The position numbers and the translations under genes were made by a program. Below are positions 49,022 to 61,135 of a DNA stretch of 64,000 nucleotides, in pieces (within the stretch, counting starts at the first letter, position 1; every line of letters starts with the position of its first letter). This stretch comes from Asterias rubens (taxonomy: Eukaryota), in NCBI RefSeq assembly GCF_902459465.1, contig NC_047063.1, forward strand, positions 10,540,001 through 10,604,000, written 5' to 3'. A model generated the notes under the pieces. That model worked only from the letters and a program-made list of their open reading frames with translations, had not been told where the DNA came from and ran no database searches.

Positions 49022-49212
49022 TTAAGCCCGGCTCATACTTCCTGCGAATGCGAATGCGATACAAATGTTGACATCACAAATTGGCAACCAAGTTTGCACT
49101 GAGTTGAGTTGTGCTCAACTCTCTTGCGAATATCGCAGCGCAAGAGGGGTTGTAATGTCATTTCACATACCATTCGCATCTGCATTCGAAGGAAGTATGA
49201 ACCGGGCTTTAG
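49022..49212. mobile_element. MITE with AGCCCGG TIR, second copy
   Basis: TTA-AGCCCGGCTCATACTTC ... GAAGTATGAACCGGGCT-TTA. Confidence 0.7.
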
Positions 49213-52200
49213 CCTTGCATCTATGTCAATTTGGGCTGAAATTTAATAAAATCACAAGGGGGAGTAAGCCTTACTTTTTTGTCAAAGTTTGACAAAAAAG
49301 TAAGGCTTACTCCCCCTTTAGATTGCTGGAATATTGATAACATCACAAGGGGTAGGCCTAAGCCTTGCATTTTTTTTTCATCAATTGGATGAAATAAAAA
49401 TTCCTTGCATTTTGTAGAAAATGGGCTGAAAATGTGGTTTAAAAAACCGAGGGCAAGGGGGTCAGTATTGCAATCTTGTCTAAGATGGGCTGAAGTTTAA
49501 AATTTGATGAAATTGGTTAGCCTTGCTCTGTCTTTGAAAATTTGATGAAATTGAGACAAAATCACAAGAAAATGGGCTTAGACTTTAAAAATAAATAAAG
49601 GAGTAAGCCTAGCATGATAGTCAAAAAGGGCTGAAATTTGATAAAATCACAAGAGAATAATTGCCAAAAAAATAAATTGCAAATTTTAAGCATTGTGTTT
49701 GAAAAGAAAAAAGGAAATCAGCTGATCAGCTGAAAAGTTGCATGCCTTGGTGTCAATGTCAGATGTAATACATTTCATTTAAAAATTCACATGCTTCTTT
49801 TTGCCTTGCATGTTTGTTAAATGTGGATTTAAATTTTATAAAGGTTAAACCTGTATTTTTTACCAAAATAAGCTAAAATTTGATCAAGTCACAGGGGGAA
49901 GCCTTGCATGTTTGTCAAAAAATTGATTAACATTTGATAAAGGTAAGCCTTGTATTTTTGGCCCAAATGGGCTAAAATTTGATAAAATCACACGGAGGAA
50001 GCATTGCAGTTTTGTGTGAGCGGTGGGGGCATGGATTCACCTTTTTGTGAGCGGTGACAATGTCAGAAATGTGATTCTTCATTTAGTTTATTCTGGTTGT
50101 AAGTGAAGCTAAAGTATTTTATAGAAAAGCAAAATTAATCACAGCAAAAAACTCAATGAAGAGAAGACAATGAGGAGTAAAGTTTAGGTTTAAGGTGTGG
50201 GCCCGGGAGGAACACCCAAGAAAATTATTCCAGGGAAAACCCACGCAGTCATGGTGATAACCCAATCCACATTGAGCCCCTAGCGTGATTTAAACAGGGG
50301 GTCCTATAGAGGTGGAAGGCGTGGTAGAAAATTAGATACCACTAAGCAAACTAGATCACCAATTAGGTATTATCAATATCGCTTTTGTAGCCTACCTTTA
50401 AACATGAAGTTGAATGAGTTGATATATCACAGATTGCTTGAAACAAGGCTGAAAGTAGCAACAGCTTGAGACATCACTTCTGTTCTGTGTCACAGACATC
50501 CACTATGACTGATGGTCTGACAATTAAGACGGCACTATGACTGATGATCTGACAACCTCCGATTGGATCACTTCATCTGTAGATAAAAAAGAGAATAATG
50601 TTAAAGGTTCATTTATTTTTCCACAGTATCAAAAAGAAAATGGACATTATCACTCCAAAGAAATGAGTATAAAGAATGCAACTTAACAGTAAAGGTATCA
50701 AAATCTAGATTAAATAATGGCACTGCAGAGCTTGCAGGCAGTGGTCCATTTATGCAAATTAACATTGAGACTATGTAGAATATTTTTCTCAATCCATGAG
50801 AAAAGGGGGGTCCAATGTGATTTTCCCTTTGACACACTGAAATCTCTGCAGTGGCACCACTGTGAAATTTCAATAAAGAAACAGATTCGGTTGAAATTCA
50901 AGAATTATTTCTCTCTGAGAAGAGTAATATCAGTTTTAGGTGTTGGAGGAACACCCCAGAAAATTATTCCAGGGGAAAACACACGCAGTCAGAGTGATCC
51001 ACTTAGAATGAAATTTCAATGAAGAGCCAGATTTGGCTGAAATTTAAGAATTATTTCTCTCTCATTGACAAAAGGAGTCTTCTAACCAGTTACTGGCCTC
51101 CAAAAAACCAAGGAGTTAGCCTATGTCAAGCATGGGCTGAAATTTAATAACATCACAAGGAGTAAGCCTTGCATTTTTTTGAAAATTTGATAAAATTTGA
51201 TGAAATAACAAGTCCTTGCATTTTGTAGAAAATGGGCTGAAAATTTGATATGAAAACGAGGGCAAGGGGGTCAGCATTGCAATCTTGTCTAAAATGGGCT
51301 GAAGTTTCAAATGTGATGAAATTGGTTAGCCTTGCATTTTCTTTGAAAATTTAATGAAATTGAGGTGCAATCACAAGGCCTAACATTTTGAAGAAATTAA
51401 GCTAAGAATTTAATAAAAATCCGACAAAGGATTGCTATAGCACATGAGGGCAGAAACCCAGTGTGAGCAGTGCAAGTTTACGAGTGCTCGAGACAGCCCT
51501 TTCTCAAGGGCGTACATGCCGCGAAACACTTGCCACATTCGATCAAATGTTATCCAGGTAGCGGGTGAACTAGTTGAACGAAAGCAGTCAACAAAGCTGG
51601 CACCATCTTCCTTGTGATCTGAAGTAAATGGTACTTGTGTGGCAAAAATTCACTGGTGCTCGCGATAGAGCAAGCATGCTTGCAGGCTCTCATTACTTGC
51701 AACATATAGCACGGGTCACGAAGTGACATGGACTTGAATTTGATTACAGCGGGTGGATTCTTTTGAACATAAAAATACCACCAAATGTTTGACTAATAAT
51801 GCCTTCAACAGAATATGAAGTAGCCTTTGTTTGAAAATGTACAACTACTTCGTAAAGTTTGACCCTGTATACGTACTGCGCAATGGTTGCGGGCCGGGTG
51901 TGATCGACGTGCGACGTGCTCTGCGTGAATGAGACCGCACAATTTGTAATGTTTGGAAAGCAAACTTAATCACTGTACTAGCGCCAAGAACCAAATGAAG
52001 AGAAGAGAATGAGGAATGAGGTTTCAGTCTTAGATGTGGAAGGAGCACCCCAGAAAATTGTTTCAGGGAAAACCTACGCAGTTGCAGTGATAACCCAAGT
52101 CTCGTTGTGCCCCCCTTCATGATTCAAACAGAGGGTCCTATAGTTGGAAGGGGTGGTAAGAAATTAGATACAACTACGCAAACTAGATCACCAATTAGGT

Positions 52201-52651
52201 ATTATCAATATCGCTTTTGTATCGTACCTTTAAACATGAAGTTGAATGAGTTGTTATATTGCAGATTGCTTGAAACAAGGCTGAAAGTAGCATTAGCTTG
52301 AGACATCACTTCTGCTGTGTGGGACAGACAGCCACTATGACTGATGATCTGACAATCTAGACGGCACTATGACTGATGATCTGACAACCTCCGATTGGAT
52401 CACTTCATCTGTAGATAAAAAAAGAGAGAATAAGGTTCAAGGTTCATTTATTTTTCCACAGTATCAAAAAAAAAGACATTATCACTCAAAAGAGACCAGT
52501 ATAAAGAATACATCTTTACAGAACAGATATCGAAACATATAGAGTTGAATGCCTCATTTCCTTAACAAGACTGGCCTAAAGAGGGCGCCATCACTTTTGT
52601 GCAATTGGACTGTTGCGCAAAAGTGTGCGTGTGCATTAAATCACGCAATAG

Positions 52652-55600
52652 AGATTGCGCGCCGCCGTGCTGTGATTCGTGTGAGACCAGACATGTGCAT
52701 GACAAACTTTGAAGATAAAGTATGTGCATAAAATTTGAATAGTTATTAAATTTGATCAAGGAACTTGAATAAGTTAATGCCTAAATATTTATAAATCAAG
52801 TGAACAAGTTGCCCACAATCAATCATTTGGACACACAGGGCGATTCAAAAATGAGTTGTTTAAGAGCTCTTTCAAGGCCATTGGTAAAGCGTGGGATAAA
52901 ATGTGGATCATGAAACTTTATCGATAAAAGTATGATAATGAATTTGTCATCAAAAACAATTTTTTGGGAAGAGATAATCTTTCACATAATATGTAGAATG
53001 ATATACACTTAGTGAACAAATTGTGCAGACTATTCCCTTCCACTATTGGTAATTAATCAAAACCATTATTAGCATAAAACCTTACTTGGTTACGAGTAAC
53101 GAGGAGAGGTTGATAGATTAGTATAAAACATTGTAAGAAACGGCTCCCTCTGAAGTAACTAGTTTTCGCGAAAGAAGTAATTTCCACGAATTTGATTTGA
53201 TGAGACCTCAGATTTAGAATTTCGTGTAACAAGGGTGTTTTTTCTTTCACTATTATCTCGCAACTTCGACGACCGATTGAGCTGAAATTTTCCTAGGTTT
53301 GTCATTTTATACATATTTTGAGATACAGCAAGTGAGATGACTGGTCTTTGACAGTTACCGATAGTGTCCACTGTCTTTAACTATTACCAATGTTGTGGTG
53401 ATGCTTGAACACATGCATTGTACATGCCTTCCTACTCCTGCTGATAGGGGTGCAATTTAATGAGACAATTTAACTCAGTATGAACTAGATTAACTATTGC
53501 ATGCAGGCAATGGTCCATTTATGCCAGGCATATTTAAATTGAGACTGAGAAGAACAATTTTCTACATCTACGAGTGAAATATGAAAAAAATTAAAAATTA
53601 AAAAAATTTAGGGGGGGATCAAATGTGGTTTTGATTTTGACACCCTGCAAATCTCTGCTGTGAAACCAAAGTGAATGAACTGATGCGTTCAAGGGCCAAA
53701 GATTTCACCGATTGTGGACTCTCAACCAAAGCTGCACTGGTGGTGCATAATTCTGCAAGAGGGCTTTGATGAGGCCCAAACATACATGTGTTGCTCCTAT
53801 ACAATGAGTCTATAATAAAAAATAAAAAATAAAATGCTGAACAGTGTGCTATTTTTCAAGCTCTGAAGTATATTCCAAATGTCTTCCATGAAAAGTAATG
53901 TTAGAAATTATTTCCATAACTCTGCAAGATACTGAGATTTCCATTGTTTTGTTAAATAAACCGCTCTTTGAAAGGGGTGTTACAAGGCAGTAAGGCAGTG
54001 CTTGCGCTCTATGAGTGAACGGCGGGCATTGTAAACGGATAGCGCACACGCACTGCCACACTGTCTTGCAACACCCCTTTTACGTCAACCCAGTAGGCTG
54101 GTACCTGCGTTTTAGCGCTTGGTGACCAAAAAATAAAGCGTTGAACATATCGGGAAGTCAAAAAGCGTGCAAGGTTCACATATCAAACTGGTAAGTTCTA
54201 GTCCTTTTTCTTCAAAATATTTTCTCAATGGTGTTATGAAAGGATTCAGATTGCGCGCCGCCGTGCTGTGATTCGTGTGAGACCAGACATGTGCATGACA
54301 AACTTTGAAGATAAAGTATGTGCATAAAATTTGAATAGTTATTAAATTTGATCAAGGAACTTGAATAAGTTAATGCCTAAATATTTATAAATCAAGTGAA
54401 CAAGTTGCCCACAATCAATCATTTGGACACACAGGGCGATTCAAAAATGAGTTGTTTAAGAGCTCTTTCAAGGCCATTGGTAAAGCGTGGGATAAAATGT
54501 GGATCATGAAACTTTATCGATAAAAGTATGATAATGAATTTGTCATCAAAAACAATTTTTTGGGAAGAGATAATCTTTCACATAATATGTAGAATGATAT
54601 ACACTTAGTGAACAAATTGTGCAGACTATTCCCTTCCACTATTGGTAATTAATCAAAACCATTATTAGCATAAAACCTTACTTGGTTACGAGTAACGAGG
54701 AGAGGTTGATAGATTAGTATAAAACATTGTAAGAAACGGCTCCCTCTGAAGTAACTAGTTTTCGCGAAAGAAGTAATTTCCACGAATTTGATTTGATGAG
54801 ACCTCAGATTTAGAATTTCGTGTAACAAGGGTGTTTTTTCTTTCACTATTATCTCGCAACTTCGACGACCGATTGAGCTGAAATTTTCCTAGGTTTGTCA
54901 TTTTATACATATTTTGAGATACAGCAAGTGAGATGACTGGTCTTTGACAGTTACCGATAGTGTCCACTGTCTTTAACTATTACCAATGTTGTGGTGATGC
55001 TTGAACACATGCATTGTACATGCCTTCCTACTCCTGCTGATAGGGGTGCAATTTAATGAGACAATTTAACTCAGTATGAACTAGATTAACTATTGCATGC
55101 AGGCAATGGTCCATTTATGCCAGGCATATTTAAATTGAGACTGAGAAGAACAATTTTCTACATCTACGAGTGAAATATGAAAAAAATTAAAAATTAAAAA
55201 AAATTTAGGGGGGGATCAAATGTGGTTTTGATTTTGACACCCTGCAAATCTCTGCTGTGAAACCAAAGTGAATGAACTGATGCGTTCAAGGGCCAAAGAT
55301 TTCACCGATTGTGGACTCTCAACCAAAGCTGCACTGGTGGTGCATAATTCTGCAAGAGGGCTTTGATGAGGCCCAAACATACATGTGTTGCTCCTATACA
55401 ATGAGTCTATAATAAAAAATAAAAAATAAAATGCTGAACAGTGTGCTATTTTTCAAGCTCTGAAGTATATTCCAAATGTCTTCCATGAAAAGTAATGTTA
55501 GAAATTATTTCCATAACTCTGCAAGATACTGAGATTTCCATTGTTTTGTTAAATAAACCGCTCTTTGAAAGGGGTGTTACAAGGCAGTAAGGCAGTGCTT

Positions 55601-55845
55601 GCGCTCTATGAGTGAACGGCGGGCATTGTAAACGGATAGCGCACACGCACTGCCACACTGTCTTGCAACACCCCTTTTACGTCAACCCAGTAGGCTGGTA
55701 CCTGCGTTTTAGCGCTTGGTGACCAAAAAATAAAGCGTTGAACATATCGGGAAGTCAAAAAGCGTGCAAGGTTCACATATCAAACTGGTAAGTTCTAGTC
55801 CTTTTTCTTCAAAATATTTTCTCAATGGTGTTATGAAAGGATTCA
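52652..55845 (+). repeat. Near-identical tandem duplication of a 1596-bp unit (52652-54247, 54248-55845)
   Basis: Identical ORF translations offset by 1596/1597; the difference I located is an A7 vs A8 homopolymer near 53600/55197. Confidence 0.95.
53039..53380 (-). mobile_element. Family A MITE, one end clipped (duplicated at 54635-54976)
   Basis: Right TIR GATAGTGTCCACTGTCTTTAA and typical body. Confidence 0.8.
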
Positions 55846-56034
55846 TTAGACATTGAGGATTAAGTTTGGTTCCTAGAATTTGTGTCATAATTTTTCGAAA
55901 GTGGTAAACATGGAGCAAATCTGTTGACAAGCTGATGAAATTGTTTGGTTGGACCAGTCGGGAGGAGGGTTTTGTAATCGCAACTAAAAAAAAAGGAATA
56001 TCTCATTCAGGTAAATTAGATATCAACTATGGAA

Positions 56035-57057
56035 AAGTTTCCGTATGGCGCCACCACTTTTTCATTCAGTATGAAGTAATATAGTATTCATAAATACCCA
56101 AGTCAGTTTCTCTACTCCTATTGGTGGAGAGCGCATCACGTGGGTGTGCATAAACCTTTTGTTGATGACCGGTAAAAGTGTTAATTCATGGACGTGACAC
56201 GAGACCTTGCACCTGTTCTTATAAGACAGTTTCTTCATTCCTATTGGTTGAGAGCAACGGCTGAAACAGTTGTGCCACATCACGCGAAACGCGCACAACA
56301 TTCCCTTATAAGGAGTTGTTTACGCAAGGGCAGCGAAGGGCTCTACCATTTCATAGCTGGAGGGGTGTTGTGTTGAAAGAAATCATTAAACAATTATAAT
56401 TTTTGCATTTATTTTACTTTTTGACCAACAAGTGATGATGTTTTTGACCGAAAAGGTATTTATTAATGGGAATCAAAGTGTGTTGAATCGGTTTTCAACT
56501 AGTGGTTTAAACCCGCTGAGGCCTGGTTCTTTATAATTTACCTTAACTTCGTCTCGGTAAATTATCAAGAACCAGGCCTCGTTGGAATTAAACCACTAAT
56601 TGAAAACCTCTTCACCACACATTGATTGCCTTATTTAAAGACATTGGACACTATTGGTAATTGTCAAAGACTAGTCTTCACAGTTGTTGTATCTCAACAT
56701 ATGCATAAAATAACAAGCCGGTGAAAAATTGAGCTCAATCGGTGGCGACGTGCGGAAGATTATCCGAAAAAACACCCTTGTCGCACGAAGTTGTGTGCTT
56801 TCAGATGGTTTGATTTCGAGACCTCAATTCTTAATCTGAGGTCTCGAAATCAAATTCGTGGAAAGTACCTTTTTCTCGAAAATTACGTCACTTCAGAGGG
56901 ACCTGTTCTCACAATATTGTATACTATCAACCTCTCCCCATTACTAATTGTTATCAAGAAAGGTTTATGATAATAATTATTTTGAGTAATTACCAATTAG
57001 TGTCCACTGCCTTTTTGTAAAATTTAGTGAAAAAGTGGTGGCTCTATACGGAAAGTT
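56035..57057. mobile_element. Family C TIR element containing a hairpin repeat (56468-56630) and a nested family A MITE (56635-57014)
   Basis: Outer TIRs TTTCCGTATGGCGCCACCACTTTTT / AAAAAGTGGTGGCTCTATACGGAAAGTT. Confidence 0.7.
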
Positions 57058-57589
57058 ATCCCCGACTTCCAACAACTACCACCATTCACCAACACAACTG
57101 TCAAGTTGTGGTCTGTGACAAAATGTTGGGTGAGTGGGTGTGAGAAGAGCTTCATGCCTTGCAATTTTGTAACATTTTTTTCCAACTGTTACTTATAGTT
57201 TGTTTTCTTCTGTCTGTTTTTTATATGTTTAAATGTGGTAACCCCTACTTGTAAGTTGTAGGTTGAGAAAAAAATTCAGTGTAGTTTGAGCTAATTTAGG
57301 ACGGAAAAATTGGTGGCGAGGTGCGAAAAATTTGCCAAATGAAGCTGGATACAAGCTTCGGGCATTGTCAGGACACGTGTGTTTCGAGAACTGCCGCCAC
57401 ACTGAGCCGTGGGCCTATACCCCTCCAGCGCGCACCCCGCCACACACTGACCGCCACACTAAATACCAGTTAAGCCAACCGCCGACTGAACAGTAAAGCC
57501 AATGTTTTGCTTCATTTTTAGCTGTTTTGAAACCTCACGTTCACCTTAAGAACCCTTCCAGTGGATTCTACAACTAACTTTCAACTCAC

Positions 57590-57780
57590 CTTACACACTT
57601 TAGAAAGATTTTGTCGACCGAATAGGCGATCAAATACGGAATAACTGAAGAGAAAACTGAAGAGTCCACGGTCAGCCATTTTGTCTTCAAAGAAAGGACC
57701 ATGCTTCATCGAAAAATGTGCATATCAATTTAGCCTGAACATCCGACGTCACACTACGGCCCTCGCGTATGATAAAGATA
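57590..57780 (-). promoter_or_regulatory. Candidate TATA-less promoter and first exon of a leftward transcript
   Basis: Perfect donor AAG|GTGAGT at 57590, YY1-like CAAAATGGC at about 57675-57683, CRE-like ACGTCA at about 57746, CpG-richer flank at 57300-57500. Motif-level evidence only. Confidence 0.4.
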
Positions 57781-58368
57781 GGGGACCAGTCTAATTAAAA
57801 GGTGCAAGCCACCCCGTGACTACTTTGCATATTCACTGCTCATGAATACCCATAGTTCATAAGAAGGGCAAGTCAATGTATTTTATGGGAAAAACATTTT
57901 CTGGGATGGTTCGTTTTTAAATTCAAACAAAATCTCATGAATATGAGTTAAGACTTTGATAAAAATCTATGGGGAAGAAATAGTCGTGAAATAGTCGTGA
58001 AGTTTACCATCCCTTAACACCCATCTATAGAAGCCCCCCCCCTCCCCTCCCCTCGCAAGCATATCACTTTGATATTTTGTATAGATAAATTACCTAAAAT
58101 ATTTGACAATCAGCCCTGGCCCTACTTCTAGAAACGGAGCCTTATAGTTTTTTAGAAGTACCCTGGCCCAATATCAAAGAGCAGCTTAAGCAGATAATGT
58201 CGCTAAACTATATTTAAGTGCTTTCTTTTCCATCAAGTTGATTATTTTAACAAAAGATAAATCTCAAACTAATTGTCAACATTCCAAAACATTGACCTTA
58301 GAGGGGTGTTTGAATAGCTTCGCATGATGGATAATCAATGAGAGAAAATTATACTTCTCAGTTTGCCC

Positions 58369-58942
58369 TTAAAGGCACTGGACACGTGTGATAACTACTC
58401 AAAATATTAGCATTTACTCGCTAACAAGCAACGGGGAGCAGAGCCCAATTTCATAAAGTATGTAAGCAAACATTTCCTTAGCATAAAATTTCTTCCTTGA
58501 TAAAAACAAGATTACCAACCAAAAATCTTATTGTTGCATATTGCTTGTTATTGGCATTCAACTTTTGTTAGCTTATCCTGAAAATCACGTGGAAATTTGG
58601 TTGATAACCAAATTCCATGCTAAGCACATTTCTGTGCTTACAGGCTTTATGAAATTGGGCCCTGCTGGTAGCACAAAACATTGTGAGAAATGACTCCTTC
58701 CAATAAGGTGGCTTAAAGGAAAAGGGTTATTTTTCACTTAACGCATTTGAATCTGAGAAAAACAGACGACGCCTGAAGCAATCATCAGGCATCTTAAATA
58801 TTCAACTTTTTTGTCATGCAACTTTGATGACAAATTAAGCCAAAAATGTTTCACAGATTTGTTTTTTGTATGTTTTATGCCGGGGCACCCCAAGTGAGAA
58901 TACTGGTCTTTGACAATTGCTAAACGTGTCCAGTGTCTTTAA
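58369..58942 (-). mobile_element. Family A-related MITE with nested family B MITE (58439-58664)
   Basis: The outer TTAA-flanked TIRs are intact and the outer body resumes after the inner element. Confidence 0.75.
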
Positions 58943-59109
58943 ACTGCCCTGTCTAATCTGTAAAATATTTCTCTCTGAACTCGCCCTAAAGAATTACACA
59001 ATTTGTTACATCAAAGTAGGGTATTGCTTGCCAACAGGCTCAACCACCAGTTGGAGCCGGCACTTAATATTTATTTCCTTGGACTGTCATACTTTGTATG
59101 TATAAAACG

Positions 59110-60030
59110 TGTTTACAAACATTCAATTCATAACTAGTGTTACTTTTTAACAATTTTCAGCAACTACTTAGTCCCACAGAATTAAAAACCAAAGGTAAAA
59201 CCCAATCATCAAAAACCTCTGGAAAACCTTGTGGCTGCCAGCAAATTGTACCTCTTTAAGGTTTGGCTTTTGGTACTTTTAATTTAAGTAACCACATTTT
59301 TCAATTGTATAGCATCTATTTTACAAACATTCAATCTAAGAATTGTTGCTCTTCACTTTTTTGCAACTATACATAGTCCCACAGGATTACAATCCACAGA
59401 TAAATTTAAATGAGCAAACACCTCTGGAAAACCTTGTGGCTGCCAGCAAATTGTACCTCTTTAAGGTTTGGCTTTTGGTATTAACCACATTTGTCATTTG
59501 TATAGCATCTATTTGTCAAACATTCAATCTAAGAATTGTTGCTCTTTACTTTTTGGCAACTATACATAGTCCCAAAAGAGTAACCACCACAGATAAAACT
59601 TAATGAGCAAACACCTCTGGAAAACCTTGTGGCTGCCAGCAAATTGTATCTCTTTAAGGTTTGGCTTTTGGTACTATTAACCAAATTTGTCATCTGTATA
59701 GCATCTATTTTACAAACATTCAAATATTACTTGTTCGGCAACTACATAGTCCCACTTTAGAAACCAGAGATAAAACTTGATGAGCAAAAATCTCTGGAAA
59801 ACCTTGTGGCTGCTAGCAAATTGTACCTCTTTCAGGTTTGCTTTTTGTTAAAACAACATATCTCATTAATTATTTTTCGTAAAATGTTTATTTTTACAAG
59901 AATTCAATCTAATGCTCGTTGCTTTTCACTTTTTCAGCAACTACATAGTTCCACAGGATAAAAGACCCAGAGATGAAACCAACTGAGCAGAAATCTCTGG
60001 AAAACATATTATGACTGCCAGCAAAGTGTT
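59110..60030. repeat. ~190-bp tandem repeat, about 5 diverged copies
   Basis: CTCTGGAAAAC at about 59217, 59423, 59615, 59792 and 59995. Confidence 0.9.
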
Positions 60031-60940
60031 TCTTGTTCGAGGTTTGCTCTCATGCATGATAGTAACCACAATTGTCTGGTACTTTTCAAATACATTAAGC
60101 TGTGTTCTAAACTGAAGTTACAAGCTAGAATGACCAATAGGGGCTGAGGCCTTTTTGCACCTTCTTTGTGATAGCATTTTTCCACCATCTTTTCTTCCTC
60201 GCAAACCAACCATTCGGAATGCTTTTGAAACCAATCAGACAACTTTTGCCTGCTATACAAATGCAACACAGGCAATAATTAGGCCTACTATAATAGATGT
60301 AAAATTTGCATCGGGTAAAAAGAATATTAAGTTTGGGTTTTTACCTACACACTGATGTGTGTCAGCACTGTAAACAGTACATGTACTTACCCCAAGTCCC
60401 GTGAAAACAATTCACAGACATATTTCTTGGCCATGATTTTTTAATTTTTTTTTCTTCGCAGGACTCGGGAAAGTACTGAGTATAGCCTACAGTGCTCATG
60501 ACACACATCAAAATATAGGTAAAAACTAAAATTAATAATATAACTACTGAAACCACAACAATGTATTCCCTGTAAATCGAGTTCTGTCAGAAAATGAGAT
60601 TTGCTGACCCAGAATGTCAATGATAAACACAGTGTACAATATTGTGGGTTTTTCCCCAAGTATATTCATGACTCACTTTGCATCCCTTAGCATAGGGGTA
60701 TCAATGGAAAGATCTTGTCAAAAACTGTTTCAGAAAAATTGACAAATCTCATTTTGATAGGAGCTCAAACACAAGAGGACTGTAATGTATGTACATCATT
60801 CATTGATTCCTGCAGTCCTCTTGTGAAGAACAATTATTCCCAAAACAGAGTGCTCACATGCCCTGCTAAATTTGCCACACAAATTAGTCTTAACGTTCTT
60901 TGTAACTGTGTGTAGCCAACATCTCATCCAGTGGTATAAC

Positions 60941-61135
60941 CTGGGCGCACTTGCATAGAGGTGCTTAAGCACATAAATTAGCTAAGCAAAATATTATGCT
61001 TGCCAGAATAAGGTTTTCAGCCAAACTACAATGTCACATGTACAACTCTACATTGGTATCCTGCTCATTTCTGCTTAGCCAAAAAAATGTTAAGCAATAT
61101 TTCATGCTTAAGCACCTCTATGAAATCGGGCCCAG
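60941..61135. mobile_element. Family B MITE
   Basis: CTGGGCGCACTTGCATAGAGGTGCTTAAGC / GCTTAAGCACCTCTATGAAATCGGGCCCAG. Confidence 0.75.

Larger units (their letters stand above)
45900..52540. repeat. ~2-kb diverged tandem macro-repeat, 3 full units plus 1 partial
   Basis: The anchor GAAGAC(A/G)ATGAGGA...GGAACACC recurs at about 45910, 48160, 50160 and 52005, each followed by the same ordered blocks. Confidence 0.85.

Noticed and set aside
51420-51990. Unique GC-richer insert between macro-repeat units 3 and 4 with ~60-80 codon open stretches
   Set aside because: No motif recognised in any frame; too weak to call without a homology search.
52330-52390. TGATGA and CTGA motifs in the 32-bp dimer as C/D-box snoRNA
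   Set aside because: The boxes are only 1-2 nt apart within a tandem repeat, with no terminal stem or guide spacing, and lie on the strand opposite the proposed transcript.
60009-60275. 88-aa minus-strand ORF with a decent acceptor near 60250
   Set aside because: No good donor, no recognisable domain and no partner exons found.
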